Shown here one piece after another: positions 1 to 8,623 of a stretch of DNA of 64,000 bases (position 1 is the first letter of the stretch; each line of letters starts with the position of its first letter). Below the pieces are notes generated by a model. It was not told where the DNA came from. It saw nothing but the letters and a program-made list of their open reading frames with translations, and searched no databases. The stretch is from positions 34,135-98,134 of IMG/VR virus record IMGVR_UViG_2974543039_000001; one strand, written 5' to 3'. This stretch comes from a virus. Position numbers and translations under genes: made by a program.

Positions 1-1
1 T

Positions 2-1384
2 AACGCAATTATTAATACCCGGGTGAACCAAGTATCTTTGTTTTGTACCCCTGCTCGATACAGTGATAAAGGGATTGGGTACGAAGTACGGCTGCGAGAC
101 CCACTGGCTAAGGAGAGTACCCACGATACTAGTACGATTAAACGGATCGAAAACTTCCTTGAGAATACAGGGAAGACAAAGGACTTTACACGAGATACTT
201 TTAGAACCTTTGTCAAGAAGCTTGTTAGAGATAGGCTTACATACGATAAGATCAACTTTGAGCTTGTGTACACTAAGACAGGCGAGCTGCACCACTTTAA
301 AGCAAGCGATGCTTCTACTATTTATGTTGCTGTTGACAAAAATGGGTACGAGCCAAAAGGGAAGAACGTAACTAAATTTGTACAGGTACTCGATAATAAG
401 AAGGTCGCCGAGTTCAAGGCTAATGAGATGGCTTGGGAGGTACATAATCCTCGAACAGACATCACTGTAGGAAGATATGGTTATCCAGAGCTAGAGATTG
501 CGATGAACCATCTTCAGTACCATGAAAACACTGAAGTGTTTAACGCCCGGTTCTTTGCTCAAGGGGGAACTACAAGGGGTTTACTCCAGATAAAAACTGG
601 ACAGGAGCAGTCTCACCAAGCATTAGCCTCCTTCAGGAGAGAATGGTCTGCTATGTTTAGTGGTATCAACGGTGCATGGAAGATTCCGGTTATCACTGCA
701 GAAGACGTTAAGTTTGTGAACATGACTCAGTCTTCTAAGGACATGGAGTTTGAAAAATGGCTTAACTACTTGATAAACGTAATCTGTTCTATTTACTCTA
801 TTGATCCAGCAGAAATCAATTTCCCTAACCGTGGAGGAGCTACAGGTCACTCTGGAAATACACTTAACGAAAGCAGCACAAAAGAGAAGACCCGGGATTC
901 AAAAGACAAAGGGTTAGAGCCTCTTTTAAAGTTTATTGAAGACGCTGTAAACAAGTACATCGTTTCTCAGTTTGGGGACAAGTATGTATTCAACTTTGTT
1001 GGAGGAGATGCTAAGACTGAGGCTGAAATCATTTCAATCCTTGAGTCTAAGGCTAAGATTGGTCTTACAATTAATGACGTCCGTAAAGAACTTGGTTACC
1101 CTGAGATCGAGGGCGGAGACGTTACACTTGCTGGAGTTCACGTTCAGCGCCTTGGGCAGCTCATGCAAGAAGAACAAATGCAGCAGCAGCGACAGATGGA
1201 GATGCAGCAGTTTTTAGCTGAGCAGACTGGTTACAACGGTGATCTTGATAATGTTAACGGTAAAGATACATATAACAGGAATGTAGGTAAGGATGGTCAG
1301 GTTAAAGGAAAGAACAACACCAACTCAACCCCACAAGGCGGAAAAAAGGATGACGGAAGCGCAGTTAACGACTGGGAAGTATAA
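2..1384 (+). CDS. Portal protein (5'-truncated by window edge)
   Basis: Frame is open from position 2 (NAIINTRVNQVS...). Motifs NARFFAQGGTTRG and DMEFEKWLNYLIN...IDPAEINF resemble Herelleviridae portals; lies upstream of protease and capsid. Confidence 0.9.
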   Translation, partial: NAIINTRVNQVSLFCTPARYSDKGIGYEVRLRDPLAKESTHDTSTIKRIENFLENTGKTKDFTRDTFRTFVKKLVRDRLTYDKINFELVYTKTGELHHFKASDASTIYVAVDKNGYEPKGKNVTKFVQVLDNKKVAEFKANEMAWEVHNPRTDITVGRYGYPELEIAMNHLQYHENTEVFNARFFAQGGTTRGLLQIKTGQEQSHQALASFRREWSAMFSGINGAWKIPVITAEDVKFVNMTQSSKDMEFEKWLNYLINVICSIYSIDPAEINFPNRGGATGHSGNTLNESSTKEKTRDSKDKGLEPLLKFIEDAVNKYIVSQFGDKYVFNFVGGDAKTEAEIISILESKAKIGLTINDVRKELGYPEIEGGDVTLAGVHVQRLGQLMQEEQMQQQRQMEMQQFLAEQTGYNGDLDNVNGKDTYNRNVGKDGQVKGKNNTNSTPQGGKKDDGSAVNDWEV

Positions 1385-1411
1385 CTTATTTACCTAACTA
1401 AGTAGTGCTTC

Positions 1412-1421
1412 TGCTATATTA
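1412..1421 (+). promoter_or_regulatory. Putative late-promoter motif TGCTATATTA
   Basis: Same 10-mer recurs in intergenic DNA before structural genes (3226, 12342, 39886; variants 10335, 35576). Confidence 0.65.
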
Positions 1422-1492
1422 ACAATAGTAAACAAGACTGTAGCGCATAGGTAAACTACGAATTGTGCTATTATAGAAGGGAGGAAGTAGCC

Positions 1493-2287
1493 CTGAGTAC
1501 CTTAACTGGAAAAGTTGACCTCTTTGTACCTATTGACTTAGGCGAATCTATAAAAAAGAGCAATGAGAACTCAACAGAAAAATCTTGGTATCTTCGTGGC
1601 TATGCAACAACCCCAGACTTAGATTTACAGGATGATATTATAGACCCTGCCGGAATTGACATCAGCCATCTAGTAAAGCATGGATACATTAATTACGAAC
1701 ACCAGCAAGGCGAGGACTTTATTATAGGGGTCCCTACAGATGGGACTTACGTTGATCCTGACGTTGGTCTATATGTAGAGGCTAAACTTTATAAAGGTAA
1801 TCCTTATGCCCAAAGAATCTGGAATCTGGCATCTAATATCGCTAAGTCAGGGGTAGATAGAAAGTTAGGATTTTCTATTGAAGGTTACTGCCAACAACGG
1901 GATGAGAATGATCCAAGGATTATGAAGAGCGTACAAATCACAAACGTAGCGGTGACTACCACTCCTGCTAACCCAAACGCTACATGGGAATCTTTTATGA
2001 AGAGTTTCCTTACTGGTTACGGCATTACTCCGGATACACAAACAGATGGTGCTGCACTTCGAGCTGAATCTTTTGCTCGCAGTCTTTATAACCTATCGTG
2101 GGTATATAAGGAGATAAGCAATAAAGAAAACTTCGATAGTATTTGGAAAGAGGTAGGTAGCTACCTTGATTCTATGGATCGCTATACTCCGGAGAGCGCA
2201 GTAATGTTTCTCCAGCTGTTCAAAGGACTGTCTCGGCATGAAGCCGTGGCAAAGATCGATCAAATTATGCAAAAAAGCGGTGAATAA
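1493..2287 (+). CDS. Prohead protease (probable CTG start; ORF-track start 1463)
   Basis: GYATTPDLDLQDD, INYEH, GFSIEG and VAVTTTPANPNA motifs; between portal and scaffold. RBS GGGAGG at 1479-1484 lies 8 nt before CTG 1493. Confidence 0.88.
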   Translation: MSTLTGKVDLFVPIDLGESIKKSNENSTEKSWYLRGYATTPDLDLQDDIIDPAGIDISHLVKHGYINYEHQQGEDFIIGVPTDGTYVDPDVGLYVEAKLYKGNPYAQRIWNLASNIAKSGVDRKLGFSIEGYCQQRDENDPRIMKSVQITNVAVTTTPANPNATWESFMKSFLTGYGITPDTQTDGAALRAESFARSLYNLSWVYKEISNKENFDSIWKEVGSYLDSMDRYTPESAVMFLQLFKGLSRHEAVAKIDQIMQKSGE

Positions 2288-2311
2288 ATTAAGAAGGGAG
2301 CATCATAACGA

Positions 2312-3208
2312 ATGGGTAAAAATTCATTTGCTAAGCTGACTGAAAATTTAGAAGAGTTAAATGAGGACCAAATTGAAAAGTCAGAAGGAAATCCTGAAGT
2401 GAAAGAGGAACCTGCAGCTACTGAGCCTGAAGTTGTAGCGCCGGAAGCTAAGCCTGAAGAAGACGAAGTTGTAGAGGAGAAGCCGGAAGACAATGTCGAA
2501 GTAACTCCTGAACAACCTGCTCCAGAGGAAGAGGATAAACCAGAAGACGAAGTTCCTGAAGAGGATAAAAAATCAGAAGGTTCCGAAGGTTCTGAGGAGT
2601 CTGTTGAAAAATCTGAAAGTGTTTTAGCTGAGGGTATCATCCATGAAGGTGTATTTTCTGAGATTAAAGGAGCCTTTGAAGCTATTGTTAAGTCCTATAG
2701 CAACATCAAGGGAAGTCAAGCAGGTCTTGAAGAGCGTCTTGAGAAGATTGAAAAATCTTTGGAATCTCTAAACGATCTACTTTCCTCTAAGGAAGAAGTA
2801 GTAATTGCAGTGGACGGAGTAGACGCAGTTAAGGAGAAAGAAGAAGCTCCTAAAGAAGAAGAGGCTGAAGAATCACAGGAGTCCGAATCTGTAGAAAAGA
2901 GTGCCCAGCCCGAAGAGGAACCAGAAGGCAAAGCAGTTGAGTATATCGCAAAGTCTGCTGAAGAAGGCGTAGGTGTACCTGAAGCACAGGTAGCGGAAGA
3001 GTCTGAGCAGCCGGAAGAAGTTGAGGAAGAATTTTCGGCAGCAGATCACGTTTCTACTGTAACTGACTACTTCTTTAACAACGCCCAACAGTTCAGCGAA
3101 GGTCAGAAGAATGCTTTAAGAGGTGCTGTCTACCGTGTTAAACGTGGAGATGGTACTGAGTCTGACACTAAGTTGTTTAAGGAAATTGTAAACTTAGCTA
3201 AAAATTAA
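2312..3208 (+). CDS. Glu-rich capsid scaffolding-like protein
   Basis: Very acidic, low complexity, repeated (I/V)xKS motifs; between protease and major capsid gene. Confidence 0.65.
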   Translation: MGKNSFAKLTENLEELNEDQIEKSEGNPEVKEEPAATEPEVVAPEAKPEEDEVVEEKPEDNVEVTPEQPAPEEEDKPEDEVPEEDKKSEGSEGSEESVEKSESVLAEGIIHEGVFSEIKGAFEAIVKSYSNIKGSQAGLEERLEKIEKSLESLNDLLSSKEEVVIAVDGVDAVKEKEEAPKEEEAEESQESESVEKSAQPEEEPEGKAVEYIAKSAEEGVGVPEAQVAEESEQPEEVEEEFSAADHVSTVTDYFFNNAQQFSEGQKNALRGAVYRVKRGDGTESDTKLFKEIVNLAKN

Positions 3209-3225
3209 GAAAAGTCAGTACAAAG

Positions 3226-3235
3226 TGCTATATTA
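3226..3235 (+). promoter_or_regulatory. Putative late-promoter motif for major capsid gene
   Basis: TGCTATATTA followed by a structured leader. Confidence 0.65.
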
Positions 3236-3357
3236 ATGACATAACCCCGTAAGGGATTAGATAGGGAGGGTTCTTCCTCCTAGCTCTCTCTATCTACTCA
3301 ATTTGAAGCTACGATTTATTAAATTACATAAAACTTGTTAGAAGGGAAGATACATAA

Positions 3358-4770
3358 ATGGGAGACACTCAGAGAAAGTTAAACGCAGGAGCTGAAGAAG
3401 CCCTCCAAGAAGTAATCTCGAAAACATTTACTACTGGTGTCGGTATTACACCCGATACTCAACCCGATGCTGCCGCTTTAAGACGAGAATTTTTAGATGA
3501 TGAAATCAAGATGCTTGCATACGATAATACTGATTTTACCATCTACCCAATGATTAACAAATCCCCAGTATCAACTACAGTAGCAAAATACGCAGTGTTT
3601 AATCAACACGGTCGTACTGGGCATAGTCGTTTCGTACGTGAGGTAGGAGTTGCATCTATTAACGATCCTAACATCCGCCAAAAGACCGTACAGATGAAGT
3701 TCTTAAGTGATACTAAGCAACAATCACTTGCTTCTGGTTTGGTTAACAACATCGCAGACCCAATGACTATCCTTACAGAGGATGCTATCTCTGTAATTGC
3801 TAAGTCTATTGAGTGGGCTATTTTCTACGGTGACGCAGCTCTTACAAACGAATTGGACCCTCAAGCAGGGATCGAATTTGACGGTCTGCACAAGTTGATT
3901 GACCAAGAAACAAACGTTATGGACCTACGTGGACGCACACTTACTGAAGCTGACTTAAACAAAGCAGCTGTTGTAGTAGGTAAAGGTTACGGTAAAGCTA
4001 CTGACGCTTTCATGCCTATCGGTGTACAAGCTGACTTTACAAACAGCTTGCTTGACCGTCAACGTGCCCTAATGCCTTCTTCTGAGGGTGGAATGTCTAC
4101 TGGTTTCGCAGTAACTGAGTTCCTCTCTAGCCGAGGAAAAATCAATCTGCATGGTTCTACTATCATGGAGAACGATAACGTCCTTATTGAAGACCGTATC
4201 CCGGCTCAGAATGCTCCATTACCTCCACAGAGTGTAAAAGCAGTTGTTAAATCTGGTGCTGGTGGTAAATTCCGTGCTGAAGACATTACTACTCACTCTT
4301 ATAAAGTTGTAGTATTCTCTGACGAAGCAGAGTCTGTAGCTTCTGAAGAAGTTACTGCTGCTGTAGCTAAGGCTGATGATGCAGTAGAGCTTACAATTTC
4401 TCTACAACCAATGTACCAAGCAACACCACAGTTCGTTGTTATCTATCGTAAAGGTGCTGAGACTGGTCACTACTTCCAGATCGCTCGTGTAGCCGTAGCC
4501 AAAGCTAACGATTCTAACCAGATCGTATTCGTAGATAAAAACGATACTATCCCTGAGACAACTGATGTATTCCTTGGTGAGATGAGCCCGCAAGTAATTA
4601 GCTTGCTTGAACTTCTTCCAATGATGAGACTTCCTTTGGCTCAGATGAATGCTACAGTAACATTCACTGTACTTTGGTATGGTGCACTTGCTCTGTATGC
4701 TCCTAAGAAATGGGTCCGTATTAAGAACGTAAAATACATTCCCGCTCTTGCAGCTGATGTTACTCTCTGA
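3358..4770 (+). CDS. Major capsid protein
   Basis: 470 aa; K-TFTTGVGITPDTQ maturation region, GHSRFVREVG, IEWAIFYGD and KKWVRIKNVKY are typical of Twort/SPO1-like capsids. Confidence 0.95.
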   Translation: MGDTQRKLNAGAEEALQEVISKTFTTGVGITPDTQPDAAALRREFLDDEIKMLAYDNTDFTIYPMINKSPVSTTVAKYAVFNQHGRTGHSRFVREVGVASINDPNIRQKTVQMKFLSDTKQQSLASGLVNNIADPMTILTEDAISVIAKSIEWAIFYGDAALTNELDPQAGIEFDGLHKLIDQETNVMDLRGRTLTEADLNKAAVVVGKGYGKATDAFMPIGVQADFTNSLLDRQRALMPSSEGGMSTGFAVTEFLSSRGKINLHGSTIMENDNVLIEDRIPAQNAPLPPQSVKAVVKSGAGGKFRAEDITTHSYKVVVFSDEAESVASEEVTAAVAKADDAVELTISLQPMYQATPQFVVIYRKGAETGHYFQIARVAVAKANDSNQIVFVDKNDTIPETTDVFLGEMSPQVISLLELLPMMRLPLAQMNATVTFTVLWYGALALYAPKKWVRIKNVKYIPALAADVTL

Positions 4771-4820
4771 TAGTCAACATAACAGCTAAGATTCGAAAAT
4801 TGAATAGTTAAAAATTAATA

Positions 4821-4850
4821 GGGAGCAGACAAACTATCTGCTCCCTTTTT
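4821..4850 (+). terminator. Intrinsic terminator after capsid gene
   Basis: GGGAGCAGA/TCTGCTCCC stem plus T-run. Confidence 0.85.
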
Positions 4851-4881
4851 ATTTAAAAATATTTTATAGGAGAGATTTTAT

Positions 4882-5127
4882 ATGTTAGTAAATAAGGATT
4901 TAGCTAATAAAGAAGTAGCAACAGTATTCGGTGTCATTAAATTCAATCACAAAGGAGAGTCTAAGGACCTCAGCCCTGAACAAGAGAAGCAACTTGAGCA
5001 TGTTAGGGGGTTCTCTATCGTAGAGGAGAAGCAAGCTGAAGCTACAAAGGAAAAAGCAGAGGCAAAAGAAGTAAAGACCGAGGAGAAGAAAACTCGAAAG
5101 AAGCCAGCCAAGAAAGAAGATAAATAA
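4882..5127 (+). CDS. Small hypothetical protein with Lys/Glu-rich tail
   Basis: RBS AGGAGAG; 81 aa; position after the capsid gene is typical of this phage group. Confidence 0.7.
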   Translation: MLVNKDLANKEVATVFGVIKFNHKGESKDLSPEQEKQLEHVRGFSIVEEKQAEATKEKAEAKEVKTEEKKTRKKPAKKEDK

Positions 5128-5147
5128 TTAGAGATGAGGAGATAGCA

Positions 5148-6026
5148 ATGGTGATGTTTTCAGGCGAAGGCTCCGGGAGCCCCTACCAACACAATAATCC
5201 TCAGTCTATAAACCTAGAGGATATCGAATCATACACGCTTGAGTCTTATGGATTTACAGTAGACGCCGTAAAGCTAAATCACTTCGGGGTTGATGTTACG
5301 AACCCGAAGACAGGAGAGTTTCTACCTGATGCATTCTACAAGTCAAAAATAGAAGCGGCAGTGGCAGCTGTGGAGAAGAAGTTGGACATCGTTATCGTAC
5401 CAAGACTCCTTCGGGAGCACCATGACTTTTATCGAAACGACTTTCAGAGTTTTATGTATATTCATACATTCTCTAAGCCTATCCTACAGGTAGAAGCGGT
5501 CCGATTAGAGTATGGAGGCAGCTCAGTGTACAACTACCCTCCTAAATGGTGGAGAGTCGACAACTTGTATGGTCATCTTCAAATGCTACCCAACACGGCT
5601 TTAACAGGAGATCAGACTAGCTTAAGTCTCGTTCAAGCTTACTCAGGGTACCCTATGATCGCAGGGCTCCCTCAGACGGTAAACAACAACTTCGCACCCC
5701 AGATGTTCCATGTTGAGTATGTAGCCGGGATGCTACCACCGAAACGCAGCGGAGTTACTCAGCCTCTGGAGATGCACCCGGACCTTTGGAACCTTGTCAT
5801 CAAAGTTGCTCTAAGGGAAGTATTTGAGCAGTGGGGTCGTTTAATTATCGGGGCAGGTATTGCGAACATGTCACTTAGCATGGATGGGTTCTCACAGAGT
5901 ATTGATACAACACAGAGTGCAATGTATGGCGGAGCCTCTGCGGATATCGTACAGCTCGATAAGGATATTGAAGAACTAGTAACTGGTCTTAAGTCTTACT
6001 ACGGTAACAACCTAGGACTAATTTAA
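5148..6026 (+). CDS. Head-tail adaptor/neck protein
   Basis: 292 aa, RBS GAGGAG; GAGIANMSLSMDGFSQSIDTTQSA resembles Herelleviridae neck proteins; synteny. Confidence 0.7.
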   Translation: MVMFSGEGSGSPYQHNNPQSINLEDIESYTLESYGFTVDAVKLNHFGVDVTNPKTGEFLPDAFYKSKIEAAVAAVEKKLDIVIVPRLLREHHDFYRNDFQSFMYIHTFSKPILQVEAVRLEYGGSSVYNYPPKWWRVDNLYGHLQMLPNTALTGDQTSLSLVQAYSGYPMIAGLPQTVNNNFAPQMFHVEYVAGMLPPKRSGVTQPLEMHPDLWNLVIKVALREVFEQWGRLIIGAGIANMSLSMDGFSQSIDTTQSAMYGGASADIVQLDKDIEELVTGLKSYYGNNLGLI

Positions 6027-6039
6027 GGAGGCATTAGAG

Positions 6040-6849
6040 ATGGCAGAAGCACAGCAACCAGCAATTCTGTTCAACACATCAGTAGCGACAGTTCGTACAG
6101 ACCTGCTAGACACGGCTACAAAGTCTATGTCTACTCCGGCTCTGTGGGAGAAGTCTTATCTATGCCCCTGCCGGGAGAGAGCAACTCGACAACCTAATCC
6201 TGCATGTAAGAGATGCCATGGTAGAGGGATTGCTTTTCTCCCTCCCCGTGATTTAGACATCCTCATTCAGACGCAGGAGAAGGGTGTTTTTAATGGAGAC
6301 ATCGGGCTAGTTGACTCAGGAACAGCAATTGGTACCCCGGCAGATAGGGAGTCTAAAATTGCTTTTAGAGATAGAATTACGTTGAAAAACGTACAGGTGT
6401 CCCAGTCGTTTATTTTTGATGCTACTCAGCGCCGCATAGAAAAAGGGTTTCATATGCTTTACGACGTTAGTTCTATTGATTTCGCTACAACTGTAGAGGG
6501 CGAGTTAACAGAAGGAGTAGACTACGAATTCGACCCAGTCAATAACATGTTCTTTCCGAAGGAGCCGCTTCTCGGGAAAAACATTTCTATAAACATACAG
6601 ACAACACTGAGATACTTGGTTTCTGATCTACTGAAGGAGCACAGATATGGACTAAACTCTGAAGGTAAGCGGGTACGACTACCGCAAAAGTTATTGTTGA
6701 AACGTGAAGACATATTCATTGATAAAGAGGCGTTTGATCTTGGGGTGGACAATACTGAGGTAGGTAACATGGTTGACACGAAGAGAGCTTCGTCTGTCGA
6801 TGGTCTCAATGGCTTCTTTAGGAACAGTGGTGCTGTAGATGCCCCGTAA
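6040..6849 (+). CDS. Neck/head-closure protein with Cys motif
   Basis: CPC...CKRCHGRG motif; synteny in the neck module. Confidence 0.65.
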   Translation: MAEAQQPAILFNTSVATVRTDLLDTATKSMSTPALWEKSYLCPCRERATRQPNPACKRCHGRGIAFLPPRDLDILIQTQEKGVFNGDIGLVDSGTAIGTPADRESKIAFRDRITLKNVQVSQSFIFDATQRRIEKGFHMLYDVSSIDFATTVEGELTEGVDYEFDPVNNMFFPKEPLLGKNISINIQTTLRYLVSDLLKEHRYGLNSEGKRVRLPQKLLLKREDIFIDKEAFDLGVDNTEVGNMVDTKRASSVDGLNGFFRNSGAVDAP

Positions 6850-7474
6850 GAAATCAGTGAGACCTAAGCTGTTTAAAAGTAACAGTGCAACTAAAAGTAC
6901 GATGAAGCGACTAGGAGACACTCTGGTACAGAAGACATTAGATGCAGGAATGGACGCTGCCAGAGATGCCCTCCCTAGTGATACGAATGTTGTAAGAAAG
7001 CCGAAGTACCTGCAGGTAACAGAGAAACGGATGAACAAACTAGGTATCATTGATCTTAAACCCTACTTCAAGAAAAGTCCCAAAACGAAAAGAACAAAAA
7101 GTGGTGGGTGGTACTTGACTGTCCCTATTTCCATAAAGAAAAAAGATATGTCTAGGCGCATGTACGATCAGCTGAGATTAGAGCGTATCGCCCCGAGTAC
7201 CCAAAAGACCGTTATCTCAGACTACTTGTATGACCGAAGAAGGACGTCAGAGTCCTCAGCTCTCAACTATAAGCCTAAGTCTAATAATGTAACAAAAACT
7301 CGAACAGGGAAGAACAGACACTCGTATGTCGCATATAGAACAGTAACAGATAAATCACCTGCTAGTAGCTGGGTTATAAACCGAGGTAAGGTGAACAAGG
7401 ATGATCATTCAAAAACGTTTGTTAAAAATGTGGATAGGCTAATGAAATGGAAAATGAAAAACGGCTGGAGTTAG
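6839..7474 (+). CDS. Basic neck/tail-completion protein
   Basis: 211 aa, GGWYLTVPI and YVAYRTV motifs; overlaps upstream stop. Confidence 0.6.
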   Translation: MPRKKSVRPKLFKSNSATKSTMKRLGDTLVQKTLDAGMDAARDALPSDTNVVRKPKYLQVTEKRMNKLGIIDLKPYFKKSPKTKRTKSGGWYLTVPISIKKKDMSRRMYDQLRLERIAPSTQKTVISDYLYDRRRTSESSALNYKPKSNNVTKTRTGKNRHSYVAYRTVTDKSPASSWVINRGKVNKDDHSKTFVKNVDRLMKWKMKNGWS

Positions 7475-7491
7475 CATAGGAGGAGTAAAAC

Positions 7492-8337
7492 GTGATCCCT
7501 AGTATTGACACATATTTATATAACGAGCTAGAGAGTAAATTGAAAATTATTTTATCGAACCGCTATATTATAGAGGAAATATTAAAAGAAATACAACCGG
7601 GAGTAGCAGCTAACTTCATGAAAGCCTACACCGGGGAAAATGCCCGGGAAATTCCCATTGTTTATACAATGCCGCAGGACAAACAAACTCAAAAGGGAGC
7701 TATTTACATAGGTCTCCGAGAGGGAGAAGAGTCTAAGCCAAGCATAGGTAACATTGAAGGGACCTACTTATTTAAAGAAGATGGGTTGAGAAAAGAGACA
7801 GCGGTAGTAGCTGCTACAGAGGATAAAAGCCGTGTCTACTTAGAAGTATCAAGTCCGATCGGTAGGCTTAACAATGTAGAAAACCTAGAGTTTGCGGCAA
7901 GCGACCATGTAACAATAGAGGGTACCCGAGTATATTTTACTTACGATGAAGAGCTACTAGATGAAATGTTCATAGTAAACTATGTAGCTACCAAAGGCGA
8001 CGAGGCAGGGCTTAAAAAGGGTTTCACAACTACAGAGCATTATTCTGTTCTAGTAGTCTCTACTAACATGGATACCGTGCGCTGCATTGACTTAATTGTG
8101 AAGGCAATACTGATACTCATGCGAGACAACCAAGAGGAGAGTACCAATCACCTGCTTCAGAGACTGCAATTCGGTCAGATTGAAGAAATAGATGTAGGTG
8201 TACCAGAAGGCGGATCGCCGGAGATTCTGTATGGGAGAGAATCAATCGTAACCTACACTGCTTCATATAGCCTCGATATCGCTCTACAAAACATATTAGA
8301 GGAAGTCAGACTGAAGGTAAAATTAGAAGGAGAGTGA
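7492..8337 (+). CDS. Tail terminator-like structural protein
   Basis: MIPSIDTYLYNELE start, RBS AGGAGGAG; precedes the sheath gene. Confidence 0.6.
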   Translation: MIPSIDTYLYNELESKLKIILSNRYIIEEILKEIQPGVAANFMKAYTGENAREIPIVYTMPQDKQTQKGAIYIGLREGEESKPSIGNIEGTYLFKEDGLRKETAVVAATEDKSRVYLEVSSPIGRLNNVENLEFAASDHVTIEGTRVYFTYDEELLDEMFIVNYVATKGDEAGLKKGFTTTEHYSVLVVSTNMDTVRCIDLIVKAILILMRDNQEESTNHLLQRLQFGQIEEIDVGVPEGGSPEILYGRESIVTYTASYSLDIALQNILEEVRLKVKLEGE

Positions 8338-8342
8338 TTACA

Positions 8343-8597
8343 ATGGCTAAGAAAAAAGATGTGAAAGCCGCAGAAGTTGAAGCTGTGACTAATGAAGAAG
8401 TAGTGGATACCAAAGCAGCCTCGAAACCACTAAAACCATATGTACACATCGATACATTTTTAAAAACTGCTATTCCTATGTTCGGTATGTCCCGGGTCCA
8501 AGCTGCAGGGTTTAAGGCTAAAATGATCGGTAAACAGTACCAGCGTGATGAGCAGATTTTCGTAGACGAGCTAAAAGCTTATCTAAACATAAAATAA
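8343..8597 (+). CDS. Small hypothetical virion protein
   Basis: ATG 8343 after GGAGAG; YVHIDTFL...AGFKA motif; directly before the sheath gene. Confidence 0.6.
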   Translation: MAKKKDVKAAEVEAVTNEEVVDTKAASKPLKPYVHIDTFLKTAIPMFGMSRVQAAGFKAKMIGKQYQRDEQIFVDELKAYLNIK

Positions 8598-8623
8598 CCC
8601 AGAAGGAAAGGAAGATATAGACT

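Noticed and set aside
4741-4800. Frameshift extension of the major capsid protein
   Set aside because: The +1 frame closes within a few codons and a terminator follows.
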